Made by a program: the position numbers and the translations under genes. A stretch of DNA of 64,000 nucleotides from the NCBI GenBank assembly GCA_965637545.1, contig OZ281500.1, positions 5,456,001 through 5,520,000 of the forward strand, read 5' to 3'. Source of the stretch: Phallusia mammillata (lineage: Eukaryota). A model generated the notes under the pieces. It saw only the letters and a program-made list of their open reading frames with translations, made no database searches and was not told the origin of the DNA. Positions 37,798-51,201 of the stretch are shown in pieces. Positions within the stretch are counted from its first letter, which is position 1, and each line of letters opens with the position of its first letter.

Positions 37798-40700
37798 TCA
37801 CATTTCGGTATTGGGCTTAATGGCAAAATACTTTACTTTGCCGGCCTTCACGGTGCCATTTTTCGCCTTTGTTGTTCCGTTTTTCGCTTTTTCCTTGGCC
37901 GCAAGTTTTGATACAAGTTGTCCAACTCCGTGAAAAGCTATCTTTTCTGGTGGTTCGATCACCATATTGTCAGGCATACCGAGTTTTACCCGCAGGACCC
38001 CGGTTATCCATACATCGTCTACTCGCAAGTAAGGTGTGGTGCGAGCCGCAGCCAAAAGTTGCTTGACTACTCGAATGCTTGTCGAGTAAAATCCACCAAA
38101 GCAGCCTCGTGGATAAAACGGCCACTTGTATTCGCTTTCAGCAATATACCACTGTTTATATCTGCCTGTACTATTTCGATACGGCCTTGCAAATTCCATA
38201 GTTCTGTAGGTGCATATGATTGGAAATTCGGCCCAGTCTTCAAACTCCGTAATGTTTATGTAAAAATCCATAATGTTCTTCAGGCGTTCGACCACAACCA
38301 TGACGTCATCGTCGCCTGACGAGTAGTAGTGGTTCGAGGGGAGGTTGTCCACCGCCCATTGCATTCCCGCCATGGTTTTTAAGGGAACGTATCTAAGATA
38401 ATAATAATATGTTTTGCACCTATTGAACCCGAATGTTCGTTTACAAATTGAACCCGAATGTGGTTTTCAGAAAACTAATAGGTACACGCTAAATAAATGA
38501 ACTATCGGTGATATGAAGTAAACTATCTCAACATAGCAAAAATACATGCTCGCTTCTTGATGCCAAACACTTTATAGGGTAGTTTATAAGAAACAAGTTT
38601 CCATGTTTCAGGGATTAGTAGCTACGGCTCGCGGGTTAAAACGGACTGGCCAAACAATAACACCTTTTAACAGTTTACCTATACTTCACAATCATAAAAA
38701 ATAATGCAATTATGTTGAGCCATTAATAAACGTAGTTTGCGTTTTCGTAATAAACTGTTAGCATTTTTCTTAGGATTAATTAAGCATATAGCAAGATAAT
38801 CTATCACAGCTCGTTGTACTGACGATAGCTCGTAACTTAGTCTTACTTATAGTCATCTGGTCCGTCGTACTGCAAAATATCCCCGTACATCTCATGTTCC
38901 TGCCTTAACAGCATCTCTGTCGTCACATTTCGGGACATTCCCACAATAAATACCGTTTCCATACGTGATCCATTAAGGTAGAGTTTGTGCGCCCACGTCC
39001 GGCGAATATCGTTGCGATGTTCTTGGTGACTGGCTTTGGATTTCACGAAATTAACCATGCACCACGATACGTCTGTTCAATACAATAAAATTGAAAACCC
39101 TTCGTTGCTTTTTCCTTCAGTTTTGTGATATTTGTTTGTTGGTGATTTTGATGAGCGCACATTTACATAAGCTACATATAAAAATCCTAAACAAAAGTGA
39201 AGTCATAAGTAAAACTCACTGATACCGAGTATTCGATTTATGCGTCATTTCGTCATGACCTTTTAAGTTTACGAAGCATTTCGTCTTGATCATATTTTGT
39301 GTCTTTTTAAACAAATCTCTCTGTGTTTTGCTCGATTTTTACCTCAGGTACACGGGAAAATGACTGAATGTGTTATATTGGCAATGAGTGGACCTTCAAG
39401 CTGCCTGAACATGCGCAAATATGTTGAATCATCGGGTAATAAATTTGTTTACAACTTTGTAATTGACGACCTAATTCGAGTTTAACCCATTAAGTTTCCA
39501 CCGAGAAAAAACGAGTCAGGGTTAAATTTTCTGCAGAATTTCAATATGGGGTAAACTTAATTTAATTTAACAAAGTCCCAAAGAGAAAAAATCAACTAAA
39601 ATGTAATACGTGATTGGCTTCGGTAATTTAGGATATCATCACTTTAAAACATTGGCATCAAATAAAAAAACGTAATACAAAACTGTAATGAACATTAGGG
39701 AATTGTCACACAGTATGCAGAACTTTGTATAATTTGTGTCGTCCAACGTTAGGCAAACTCCAAGAACAAAGGCGAGCGTAGCATATCCATGAACCTAATG
39801 TACATGTTGACAATGAGATTTTTTTATGTGTGCATTTACGTCAGTGTTCACGTCACTAAGCGAGCAAATTCCTTCAGGAAATTACTTTTGTCAGTAAATG
39901 TTACTGTGGTTTGATTACTTAAGCCTAAATAAATCAGCAACGATGCAACGTAGTACGAAGGTTATAGCAGGCTTTGTACCACGCAGTGTAGGGTCTTATT
40001 GTTCGGTGGTGTCATTAAAACCAGTAAACACGCTTCCCTTCGCGAAGCTATGTTGTAGCAGCAAATAGTGGACTACTATACCACAACACAGGTTATTTGC
40101 CGACCCCTCCTGTCCATGTGAAATTGTAAATTACACAAACCGTATGCGCAAGTCACTTTTTTTCCCCATTCATTAATTAAACTTGCAATAACGTAGGCCA
40201 TAACACAGAGTGGTTGTTTGGAGGGGAAATATTATTCATGGACTAATTAAACATTTGAAGTGTTTTGCACTTTGTTTTTTATTTGAACAACATTTGCCGG
40301 TACCGGTTAGCTATTATCCAAGAGTTTGTTTAGCAACCTTCTTTTCAGGTAGGTTTACGCTAGACAAACCATGCACTAATAACCTCTTATAGAAACAAGT
40401 GTCTATTACAGTATTTAATCTATACATAAGTTAATGACATATTTTAGTTTGACTTACTGGAATGCATTTGCTTACACCTGTCGTCCACACAATTTTGTGT
40501 ATGTAGGTTACGCGGTTCTAAAAGAAATTGAAAGGTTGGACGAACAAAGTTATAGCCGATAAGCTTTTCGTCAAAATCGTATGTTAGGCGGTCGTGCAGC
40601 TTCACAAGAGCAGAAGATGCGTTCACTGTTCTTCTGTTCCTCAACTGCTGAAGTTCCAAAACTCTGCACCAAAAACGACAAAAGTGGTTGTATTTTGCTT

Positions 40701-41661
40701 GGTTGATCAATAACACGCCGTCCAATTGGCACAGGCTATAAAAATGAACACCATGAGGATGTTAGTGTGAGAGTTTTAAGCGTGCATGAAATTCGGATCT
40801 GAACATGATTTAAAAAAACGAAGTCCAAATCAGGCACAAAAATTGGTAAAAATGATGCTGAGCATGCAGATCTTGCCTATTTTGTTGAAACTTAAGCTGG
40901 AACTCAGCCCGACTAACAACTCTGGCCTGTGCACCTATGACCAGCAGCGTTAGTCCAGGATAAGCCAGGCAAGATTGTATGACTTACGTCGCAAAAACTC
41001 GTTAAAACGTCGACTAATATTTGGTATGGAGGCTTAGTGTTAAATAAGATTAAAACTTAGCTTTTTCGAAAAACAACTTTGCACATGAATGATAACACAA
41101 ATAGGAACAAGGCAAGAGCACGTTTTGAATAAATCCCATCCCTACAACGCATTATGTACCATCACAGTGAAAACAAAACGTGACAGAAGTAACTGGTTCC
41201 GTTTTACACATGTAAACACGTTGCGCTTGTTCTAAACGAGAGTTTACATACACCAGTTCGCGTATGACTGATGGGTTGCAATAAATCTTTATACCTAGAT
41301 CGGCAAAACTTTTGATAACGCATCATTTTGTGCAGGCCTTCAATAAACTTAAAACGCAAGCAAATTTATTGCAACCCATCAGTCATTATGACGAGGGTTT
41401 TTATTTCTCGTTAAAAAGTGCTCTACTTAACAGCTGATAAAAGTTGCTTGGTTCCCCCTATTTCAAAACTACATAATGTTCTCTCTGATGTATTCTACAT
41501 AATGGGGTGGAGCTTGGTACTTTCCGACTACTTAAACAAGAGTTGACTTACCCTACTCGCTGTGATCCCAGTAAATGTGCCATTTGCATCCAATAAATAA
41601 ACGAAGACATTGTGCAGATAAGAAACACGATAGCCAAACGAATCTTCGTCAATAGATTCAT
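37798..41661 (-). CDS. GT31 beta-1,3-glycosyltransferase paralog D (378 aa as 4 exons; homologous C-terminal segment at 37388-37483 not joined canonically)
   Basis: Exons 41552-41661 (MNLLTKIRLAIVFLICTMSSFIYWM), 40458-40663 (RPTFQFLLEP..CVDDRC), 38847-39072 (WCMVNFVKS..RRTW..GPDDY) and 37798-38392 (VPLKTMAGMQW, YSSGDDD, YPRGCFGGFY, VDDVWITG, FH). Phases 2/1/2, GT-AG. Confidence 0.88.
41264..41386. mobile_element. 123-bp MITE-like element, intron 1 of paralog D
   Basis: Perfect 23-bp inverted repeat ATGACTGATGGGTTGCAATAAAT (41264-41286, 41364-41386) around a 77-bp core; no clear TSD. Confidence 0.7.
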
Positions 41662-44280
41662 GACTGTGCACAGCACGTTTAAGCATACTGGTATAAATAA
41701 CACCTGCAATAAAAAAGCGAAAACAATTCACTAAAAGTGTAAAGAAAAACTGAGAAATAAGTGGTGGCTAAAGCACAGTTAGTATTATTTATTCAATGAT
41801 ACTAAAATTTTAGGCGTGTAGATAAATCATTTCCAAAGTTTGTCTGACTGTTCAGGAAGCTGCAGTCTGTGACGAACCATTTGCGAAAACTGTTGAAGTT
41901 GGGTTTATTCTATAACCAATCTTCGCAAACACTAAATATTTTAAAACTAGTGTCAAACAAGCACGTTACATCACCCGTTCAAGAGTAACAAAATAATGCT
42001 CGGGTCTGGTTTCCACAAGCAGTATATTTCAAACTATTGTGTACACAATAAGCCGCAAAGTTACATCCCGAATGCAACTGAACGTATACTAACTACTGTC
42101 TGGTAAGCAGAAATAGTTGGGCGGTTACATGGTGCATTAATTACGACCTATAAACGACTGAACACTGTAACTTGACATATGCCACGAACCGTACAAGCTT
42201 ACAATGGTCCCTCAGAATAAAAACGCAAAAATATGAAATAAATAAAGTACAATGCTCTCGTCTCATGATACCTGGCTTTATTCAGTTAGGTTACGTTCAT
42301 TATGAAACGAGTTTAAATCAGATCTTAAGTCTATGCAAATATCGATCTTCAAACGTGGCAACATTGTCAAAATTCGTGTTCTCTAGCTAAAACACGGCAT
42401 GACAAATAGTGCGGTTGTCAACTGACATTGCTTGAAACTTCCTGTCGTAAAATTTCCATGAACATGATGTTATGGTTTTACAGACTTCGAGTGTGAAAAA
42501 CTGGAAACAACCCTAAAGATTCAAGTTTCTTCGGATGGAATTGATTTACATTATTTAGTCATCCTTGTGTTTGAATAAAAGAAGGCATAAACTTGTACCT
42601 GGGTATATATTACAGTCAACATTTATTAATTTTGATACAGTGTGTAAATAGTCGGAAATGACGCTGCCATCATCTAAACGTCAATAAATTACGGGTGCAA
42701 GCCAGTTAGGGTGTACGCATAGTTTTGCAAGGTCTTTCACACCAAAAATTGAACGCCTGATTTTTGTATTTTCCTGAAGCCAAAAATTGCTGAACGTTAA
42801 TAGAAAAACTAGCTTACCCGAAACATTAGCATGAAAAAACATCAACATGAGGGGCATGTCCCTGAACGCTTTCGACGCTTATGAAAGGGTAATCGTATGG
42901 TTTTCGAAAAAATGCGTTTTTCAAATGTAAGCGTATTGGGATTACTGCGTCAAACTCAACAGAAAGCAAACCAAATTTCCATTTACAACCGAAGTTGTAC
43001 CAGCTGGAAGACAATTCACAATGATAACGCTAAACATCACATTGTCATTTCTGGACTAAAACAAATCTGTCAGTGCTTTAACTAGATTTTAACATTCATT
43101 TCCACTGGCTTAAGAACCATTTAAATGACATTCCACATGCTTCTGAAAATCTGTCCTAAAATCTATCTTCCATCGCTGACTGTCATCGATTGACAAAAGA
43201 CATGAAGCAGACACCAGCCGGAATACGGTCTAGGAGCTCCAAAGTTGTTTGATTTAGCTCACACAACTCAAACAACACTCAACGAAGCATGAATTGAATT
43301 TGGGTAGTGCGATGAAAAGGCATACATTGAAGCTGACAACAGTATTTTACATAAAAGAAAGTTTAAAGGTTAATACACTGAAAACATTTTCAGCATTGGT
43401 CTAAAAATATTAAGTAATACAAAAGACATAATTGTCTTGATTTCAGCAGAAATAAGAGACTGATCCTCAAGTTGACTACTTTAACACAAATGTTTCAAAA
43501 CCGTGGAGAACGAATTGAAAGAAAAAAGCTCGGAATTGGTTTCAACCGAAACCTAATAGACCAAAATCAAATATACATATGTGCTACGCGTAAATGATTT
43601 GTGATGGTTATGTTCTGCGCGTAAATGGTTTTTGATTAATAGACTTTTATTACCAGTGCGTCACAAGTACGGAAGCTGCTGAAGTGGGGCTAAATTAAAG
43701 GTGTTGCTTTGTTTACGCACTTGTCAGTGGTCTGATTTACCACTCTTAGGGCTTAATGCCGACCAAGGATGCTCTCACTAATCCTTGTTGAAGCTATTGG
43801 TTTTTGATTGTGGTTTTCAGGCACCCCTTTCATTATTTGCGTTGGTTTGTGTACTAGGGTTTTTGTCATATGCTATGGCATCCAGAAGGGTTACGTTTGA
43901 AAGCTGTAACCGTAGACAAATTTAGGTGGAAAAGCTCAAGAACTAGACGTACACATAAGCAATGGCGGTGCAACGATTAATAAACGCAACATGCAGAAAA
44001 CGGAAAAAATACATCTTTTATTCTGTTTTTAAACCTGCATGATTAACTGCATACCCAATACCAAAACTAAATCAAAGGCTAAAACGAACTTAATATTCAT
44101 TTATATTTCACTATCGTTGTAGCTTTTGTTCTGCTCCGCGACTTTTTAAGGCCCTGTCGGGTAACTGACAAAAATTTTGACGTATTTACCTCTATGCCAC
44201 TACGAACATTTTTACTGTACTGCAAACATTCACCACTAGCAAAAATGATTTTGTGATGACGAAGCCAAACGGCAACGCGT

Positions 44281-44357
44281 CTTCCTGTTGCCTTGTCACG
44301 TGACGTGTAAATCTCCGGTTCAGTGACTCAAACAAACAAATTAGAGTTGATGACTCA
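44281..44357. promoter_or_regulatory. Cluster of transcription-factor consensus sites between divergent paralogs D and E
   Basis: CTTCCTG (ETS-like, 44281), GTCACGTGAC (E-box/CLEAR palindrome, 44295-44304) overlapping TGACGTG, and TGACTCA (AP-1) at 44324 and 44351. Motif match only. Confidence 0.35.
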
Positions 44358-47300
44358 TTACATCAAATGGTCGTTATTCGTACTGGACTATAAACAAGCG
44401 GAGTCAGAACGTCAAGGGTGGACCAAGGCGAGTTTTTAGGGCACAGGTTGGTAAGTATGTTTTACAAGCATAAGAATACCCACAATTATGACCACTTTAT
44501 TATGACTCTATAGCCTTCATCAAAAACGATATGGTGACAAAACATTCCCAGTGGTTGGAAAATTGTTTGGTCAGACTTAACATTACTCAGAATTTCCGTA
44601 CAGGTGATTGGCTTTCAAAACCTAGGCCTACCTCAAATCGTTCGCCATTCCGTAACACTGAAATCGCACACCAAGTTTCTGTCAAAATTAAATTGATAAT
44701 TATATTCCATTTATTCAAATACCGAGTTTTTCGAAATTGAACTATATTTTTCGAAATTGAACTCTATCACCCTATGGGTGATTCTTCCACACAAACAAAA
44801 ATATTCATAAAAGGTTTTCAAGGCTGTCGCTTGTGGAATAATGCGATAAGTTTAAAAAGTGCACGAGAACCTTACTAAATTAGAAAGTGGCATGAAGCTG
44901 CTGATCGGCGATAACACCAGTCAGCAGAACCTTAAGGACACAGTTTGCGACTGCCAAATGATAGAGACCAAGGCTTGAGCTCGTTATACATGGTTTCTTC
45001 ATTAAAGCGAGCGCATAAAGCCTACTAAGTCTTCTGAAAGAGAAACCGTAATACAAAACAACTCATAAAACGTACGTTACGTAAAGAATCGCATATGGCC
45101 TCGTGCGAAATTTGTACACTGTGTTGTCTGGTTGTGCTGGTATAACAATCATTTGAAGAAAATCTGATTTGATTTCAACACACATTTCATTGATTTGTAC
45201 AAAAACCAAATATATCCTTTGCTCTGCTGGCCCTATAAACAGGCTTGTCAACGGACATTCTCTGCTTTTATATAATTCTACCTTCCTTTGACTTATGTGT
45301 ATTTTTTTATTTCCATCCAGTTTGCTACAAAAACAAACAAGCATGAATGCGGGGCAGGAATGGAAACTAACCCCGTATATAGTACACAAAAGAACAAACA
45401 ACAACAATGCAGCGAGCAGACTCACATGTAAACAAAACATATATAGAAGACTCGTTGTTTAACATTCCAATATCGCAAACGGGCGAGAGTATGCCTGTCT
45501 CATAAAGAGATTGTTTTTAGTAAGCACAAAAGTCAAACGTTAAACCACAAAAACTTAACCATTGTGATATTCGTCTTAGTAACAAACATAACTAATACGC
45601 GTTATATGCTTGAATAATATCGACAACAGATGGAAACAATAAAGTTTCAGCATAATAGGCGTGGTCAAATCCTTCAAAATATTATTCCATATAGTTACTT
45701 TTAAATTTGTGTCTTAGAAATACAAACCGGACATTGAAATGCGCTTGTTATGCTTACAGTTTCCTAGCTGCAAATTTTCAACGTATTCAAATTCATAATA
45801 GATCTGACGGAGTGATACCCTCAAGCAAAGCCTTTATAGGCTACTCTGAGTCTGGCTTGTGTCTTAGTCTCAAAACAACTTTTTAAGTGACGTTTATCGT
45901 CTTCTACGCCTGGTTTATGTCTCACAACAGTTTCGTGATGTCCAACGCATTGGATCACATACCTCGTATCGAAACTTTCGGGTTTTGTGGCTTTTCGCGA
46001 CACGAATGCTTGAAATTCTTGGAAGTTGTCTAGAAATACTTGCCTGCATTGAACATCAAGGTATTTTTAACATTATACTATCTAGTCAATTCAATTAACT
46101 GATAACATTATACGTGTGACAAACTCTTCGTTACAATCTAAACGGTACTAACTTATACACTCATTTAGTGTGCATTGCAGACAAATGAAATACACCATAG
46201 TCGGCCGTTGCTCGAAGGGTCAAAATAAGGCGGATGCGCCAATAGACGAGTGTTTGCCAATCTGACACCCCCAATACATCATTCTGAGCTGTTCATGTGA
46301 GGTAAACCTGAGACTATACATCTGTACCAACAGGAAGCACAAATTTGTTAAAAACAGGTTAATATTTGCCTCCAAAAAACATTATAAATGAACCAGAAAA
46401 ATTAAGTTTAGCTACGCTTGGTAAAATAACAATTATAAGATTGCTCTCATACTCAATATTTACACAGCTAAAGAAAGATTGTTTAGATTACTTTTTAAGT
46501 TTGATCAAACAGTTAAAACAATTATCCAATAGGCGCCTTTCAAATTGTTTTCAATCTTGCCAAAAAACTTTAACTGCCGAAAAAATTCATAACAAAACAA
46601 CTTTATCCAAGTTGGAGAGCTTGACATGAATTTCCTTTCAACTCGTGTCTCAATTACCGTGGAAATCTCATTTGTCAAGGACCGAGCCAAGACGCGGGCG
46701 TGGTGGACCTTAAACAAATGTTTGCCATTGTACTTCCATAACTCATATCTCCCCTCGACATAGAGGAACAAAAATTCGCAACCAAACGCGCCTTGGGAGA
46801 AAGAATTATCGCGAACAATTCAACCCTGGAGGTTTGTTTGAATCAAAAAAGAGTGAACCGTTTTCAAAACACACGAAACTAAATTCTCGACCAGTATGGC
46901 AGGGTTTGATTTTTTGTGTAATGTGTTAGCGTTCAGGAAAATCCCGACTTTAACCAAACTCAAACATTAGCAAAAATCAAATATGTTTAAGCGTTGCTTG
47001 GTGATGAGAAACTGGCAGAGAAGAATTTAATGTATTTACTTGCTTCTTCCGCGAGATTATTACTCTTAGTTTAAGCAATTACTATGACTTTGGCTACTCA
47101 GTTACGACTTTTACAATATTAATCTGTATTCCTACGCCAATGTTATTTTAATACTGTTTTTTTTGACAATGTAGTATTTTAAATTAACTGAGAAAGAATT
47201 ACAGCTTGTATTTTAAAATATGATTACAAACTCACTTCAGCGGTGACTGCTATGTTACTTTAAAAATTCTAATGGGTCAAATTAGGTACGTTTGGTTAAT

Positions 47301-50300
47301 TCGAAAGTGGTGTAACACAAAGCCCTTTGATCAGACGAGTAGAGTTTAGGCCATTTTCGCGTTAACGCTTATTGAAATATTTTTTACGGATTACGAACTA
47401 AAGTACGAATCCAGATCAACTTCTTCATGTCGTTTTCTGAATCAGGTACCCTGGAAATTTTGACGAAGTTCCTTCTGCTTGATGTTGAGCCAATTGTCCA
47501 CCAACACAATCACCGTACTACCGCCACCAAGTGACTATATGCTTACAAAAAACTTGGCCAGTTGAGGAGCGAATAGAGTTTCTCTATTAACAGCCGATGC
47601 CTCAGACTATTTCCACAATTTTTGTTTAACTGTGTTTTTCAGTACATAATGTTAATGATGAAGCAGAAGTAATATATAAAAAGCAATATATGGAATATAT
47701 GTTACACTTGTGGACATTATTAGTCTCTCTTATTCAACTAGAATAATTAAAATATTATCAACTTTTATTGAGAATAAACAAAACCAAAAGTTGCAAAGTT
47801 GTTTTAAACAAATACGACAACAGCCAGTTGAGATCAGACGTTTGGATTCACATAGACAAATAGGCCTGACTCCCTGAGGATGTTATGACTGAGAGTAGGA
47901 ATTCCATAAGGATTCATGTTACAGATAACCAGTGCATTTCTGGTGACGCTATGACCCAGTATTGCTGTACATGGTAGTTTAAATTTAATGAAGGACTTCC
48001 CCATTGCTTTTTAATCAATTGTGTACCAGTGTGTCTAAAAAGTTACCTTGAATGCGAATATTTTCCGTTTTGTCGCAACGTAAAACAATTTAGCTGAAGC
48101 TAGATCATGCCAAAACACCCCCTCGGGTAATTTTATTGGCGATGCGCTCCGTAAACCCCGCTTTGAGTGTGTTAAGCCGTGCATGGCACAAGCGCAATGG
48201 TTGATGGCAATTTGGCAAGATTTTCGCTGTCCACTGGCAACAAAAAAGGCAACAATAGGAAATGACTGCTGCCCAGTGCCAAAAATAGTTTAAGTCCCGC
48301 ACGACTGTGGAAGAGAGCGGTTGAAGAAAAAGGATGCCGGTTATCGGTACGACTAATTGAACGTTCGAGATCTAAAATGGCCAGAGGCCCAAGATTTAAC
48401 CGGTCTCTGTTGTTGTATTGAAAAGCGTTCGAACTGCAGTGATAGAAGTTTCGGTACATTGAATTCGCCAGAGGCCAAAAAGCAAATTCAAGCTACATTG
48501 TATAATGCGTCGCTTAGTGCCTGTATTGTCACGTACTAGCCTTGTCATGTCAGTTAGCCTATGGTAGTTATTTGCTTATTGTGATGATGGTATTACTCAT
48601 ATCAGAAGCACAAGTAAGAGCGCAAGACAGTTGGCAGTACAGCGAGTTTGTTGCAGTGGTTTTGGAGTGTTCAGTCGTAAAATGCTTTCACAGCTTTCAC
48701 ATTCCACAGATTATTTTAGCAAGGCGACACTTTTTTGTCTAATCTTGCTGTCTACATAAGGTCTGGACTTACGAATGTCTGTTGCAAAGGTGACACGGCA
48801 GAAATGAGAGTTGTAGTGACATGTTCAATGTATAAGCCAGTTACGCTGATCCAAGCAATGACGTAAATGTTTTCTAGCGTACAAATGTCACAGAAAAAGC
48901 CAAGTATTGTGCTGTCAGTCAACAAGCCACGTAAAACCAGTACCATCCAAGAACAAATAATGATATTTGTAACAGGACACATGCGGTTTTATTTCTACCA
49001 GTTCATTTCTAACTCCAGCGTTCAGTAGATGCGAAAAATTCGTGCCATTTTTATGCAGTGCACAAAGTAAAGCTTTTACATTCACTTTAGACGTAACTTT
49101 GAAAAGGTTGTGGTTTAATGTTATATTTGTGCTAGTGGTAATGCATTGTTAAAAGTAGTTTTCAAACAACAAATTAGAATTGTGGTTCTTAAATGTTAGA
49201 TACTGTGGTAAGTTAACTATTACCGCGTAAACTTAGTGTGATTGATAATGGTAAAAGTAGGGCTTCTGACACACTATTAGTCTTACATCCCTTACCCGTT
49301 AACATTATCGATACAGACAGGAAATAGTCGATTTACCTTCTTTAATCATCGTTTTTGCACGCTAAGGAAGTTTTTTAACTGTTAAGGTACGAAGTTCCAA
49401 AATTTAGTGCTAAATACAAAACTTCGACTAAAACGAAGGTAGTTAAAGGGGTAGATCAACAGAGAATACGGAGGAAAGGTTAAGGATTAGAATTTGGCAG
49501 AAGATTAACGAAACATTGGCACACTGTATCAACAGCAAGACAATTACTATATTGCAGCTGTAAAAAATGAATGGCCTGTGTTCAACCAAAGTCAGTGGGT
49601 CTCAGCCAAGACCTCAAGGTCAACAACAGTGTATAAGGTTGCTGTAGTGTGTGATTCGCAAAGTGTAATAGATTACCGCACTTTGGATAGCCGTGCACAA
49701 CATTGGTTATTGTGAACGATTAAGACAAAACTCAAACATACGTAATTACACTGCCCATGCTCGAGGGTAAAATCCCCGGACTTCTAACGTCGAAAAGGCC
49801 CTAAATAAACACTAATAACAAGCACTAATCGGCTTTAGAAACCAGAACACTCACCGCTATATTTGTTGCGCTACGACCAGCAGACAATAGAAATATACAG
49901 CATATGACCAAATTTAGAGGTGTTTTTTGTTGTTTTGTGTATGTACAGGGAATGTACAAACCACAGTGAACAGAAAGGTTGAGGGAGCATCTTGACAGAA
50001 TTGCGAAACATAGTGGGAAGGAACAGTCATAAAGCGTACCGGGGCATTACCGCATTTTTAGGATGTAATGCGAGCTTAAATTAGCAGCAAAGTTGCACGA
50101 CTAGACACACTAAACGTTGGATATCACTTACACACCCCTAGCTATATAGTAACTGTTTAACGTTTCGGTAGAGAAGCACTTTCTACATATGTGTGTCTTT
50201 TAGCATCGGGTTTCATAGTGCTTTTTTTACACGCTTATTTATTTGATGTAACATGCGCTTTTAAAACTGTGATTGTTCCTGAACGAAAACCATTATAACC

Positions 50301-51201
50301 TCACATCTGGAACCATCACATTTATAGCAAGTTGTTGAGAGCTTAGTGGTTAAGCTACACCCAGCACAGCTTAGCAATCACGGATTATTTACCAGTCAAA
50401 CCGGAAAATAGTCCGAAAGTTGAAACGAATTGCACTATAGCGATTGACAGGATTAGACACTTCCTGTTCGAGGTATGGCCAAACCGTGTCTGTTTCTAGT
50501 TGCCTAAAGGTTAAATGAGTGGTGGTTAGTCAAACCACACTGTACAAAAAATCATCTTTCAGTTTGTTAGTCCCAATACATAAGGTAAATTGCAGGTAAA
50601 AATATTTTGTAAACATTTACCACACGTTCTTTTCCTGAACCAACTTAAACGACGCTGACGTTTTACGGTTTGGGGAAACATTTATTCGTCAGTAAATTAC
50701 AGCACGACGGAAAGTTCGATTCAAGAAGCCGGGTCGTCATTACATGCATTTAAATTATGTATCCGCTGGAAAGGTAGAATAAATAATTCACCATGGTTTT
50801 TGAATAGACACATGTGTATATACATTTTAGATGCATATACGTTTTAGTCCACACAAGCTGTTAAAATACATGTGTTTATTTGCAATAAAACCTTTTCGTT
50901 CTAGCTACGGATTCCAACTTTTTATTTACACACGTCTGGGAATGTATATGTGCAAAGGGTACTTGGTATTACACTTTATTATAAATTTGAAGCAGTACAA
51001 TGACACTCAAAAGATTTAATGTAGTACACTTTAAAAAGTTTTCTACATTGTACGAAATGAAGCAGAATTTTTGTCTGAAACTTTTATTTATAACTTTACC
51101 CTCTTTTTGAAGGTTTAATATTTCTGTTAGATTTGACTGTTAAAACACAATGCATCCGTGACGTGAAGACTTGTAATGTCGGAGATTGGGACTGGATAAG
51201 A

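Noticed and set aside
7285-41703. Shared-exon cassette locus (UGT1/protocadherin style) for paralogs A-D
   Set aside because: Each paralog has its own phase-compatible TM exon, stem exon and two catalytic exons.
45063-45440. Hydrophobic 125-aa ORF as exon 1 of paralog D
   Set aside because: A better exon 1 exists at 41552-41661; this ORF has a GTGAGT donor after five codons and reads like intron.
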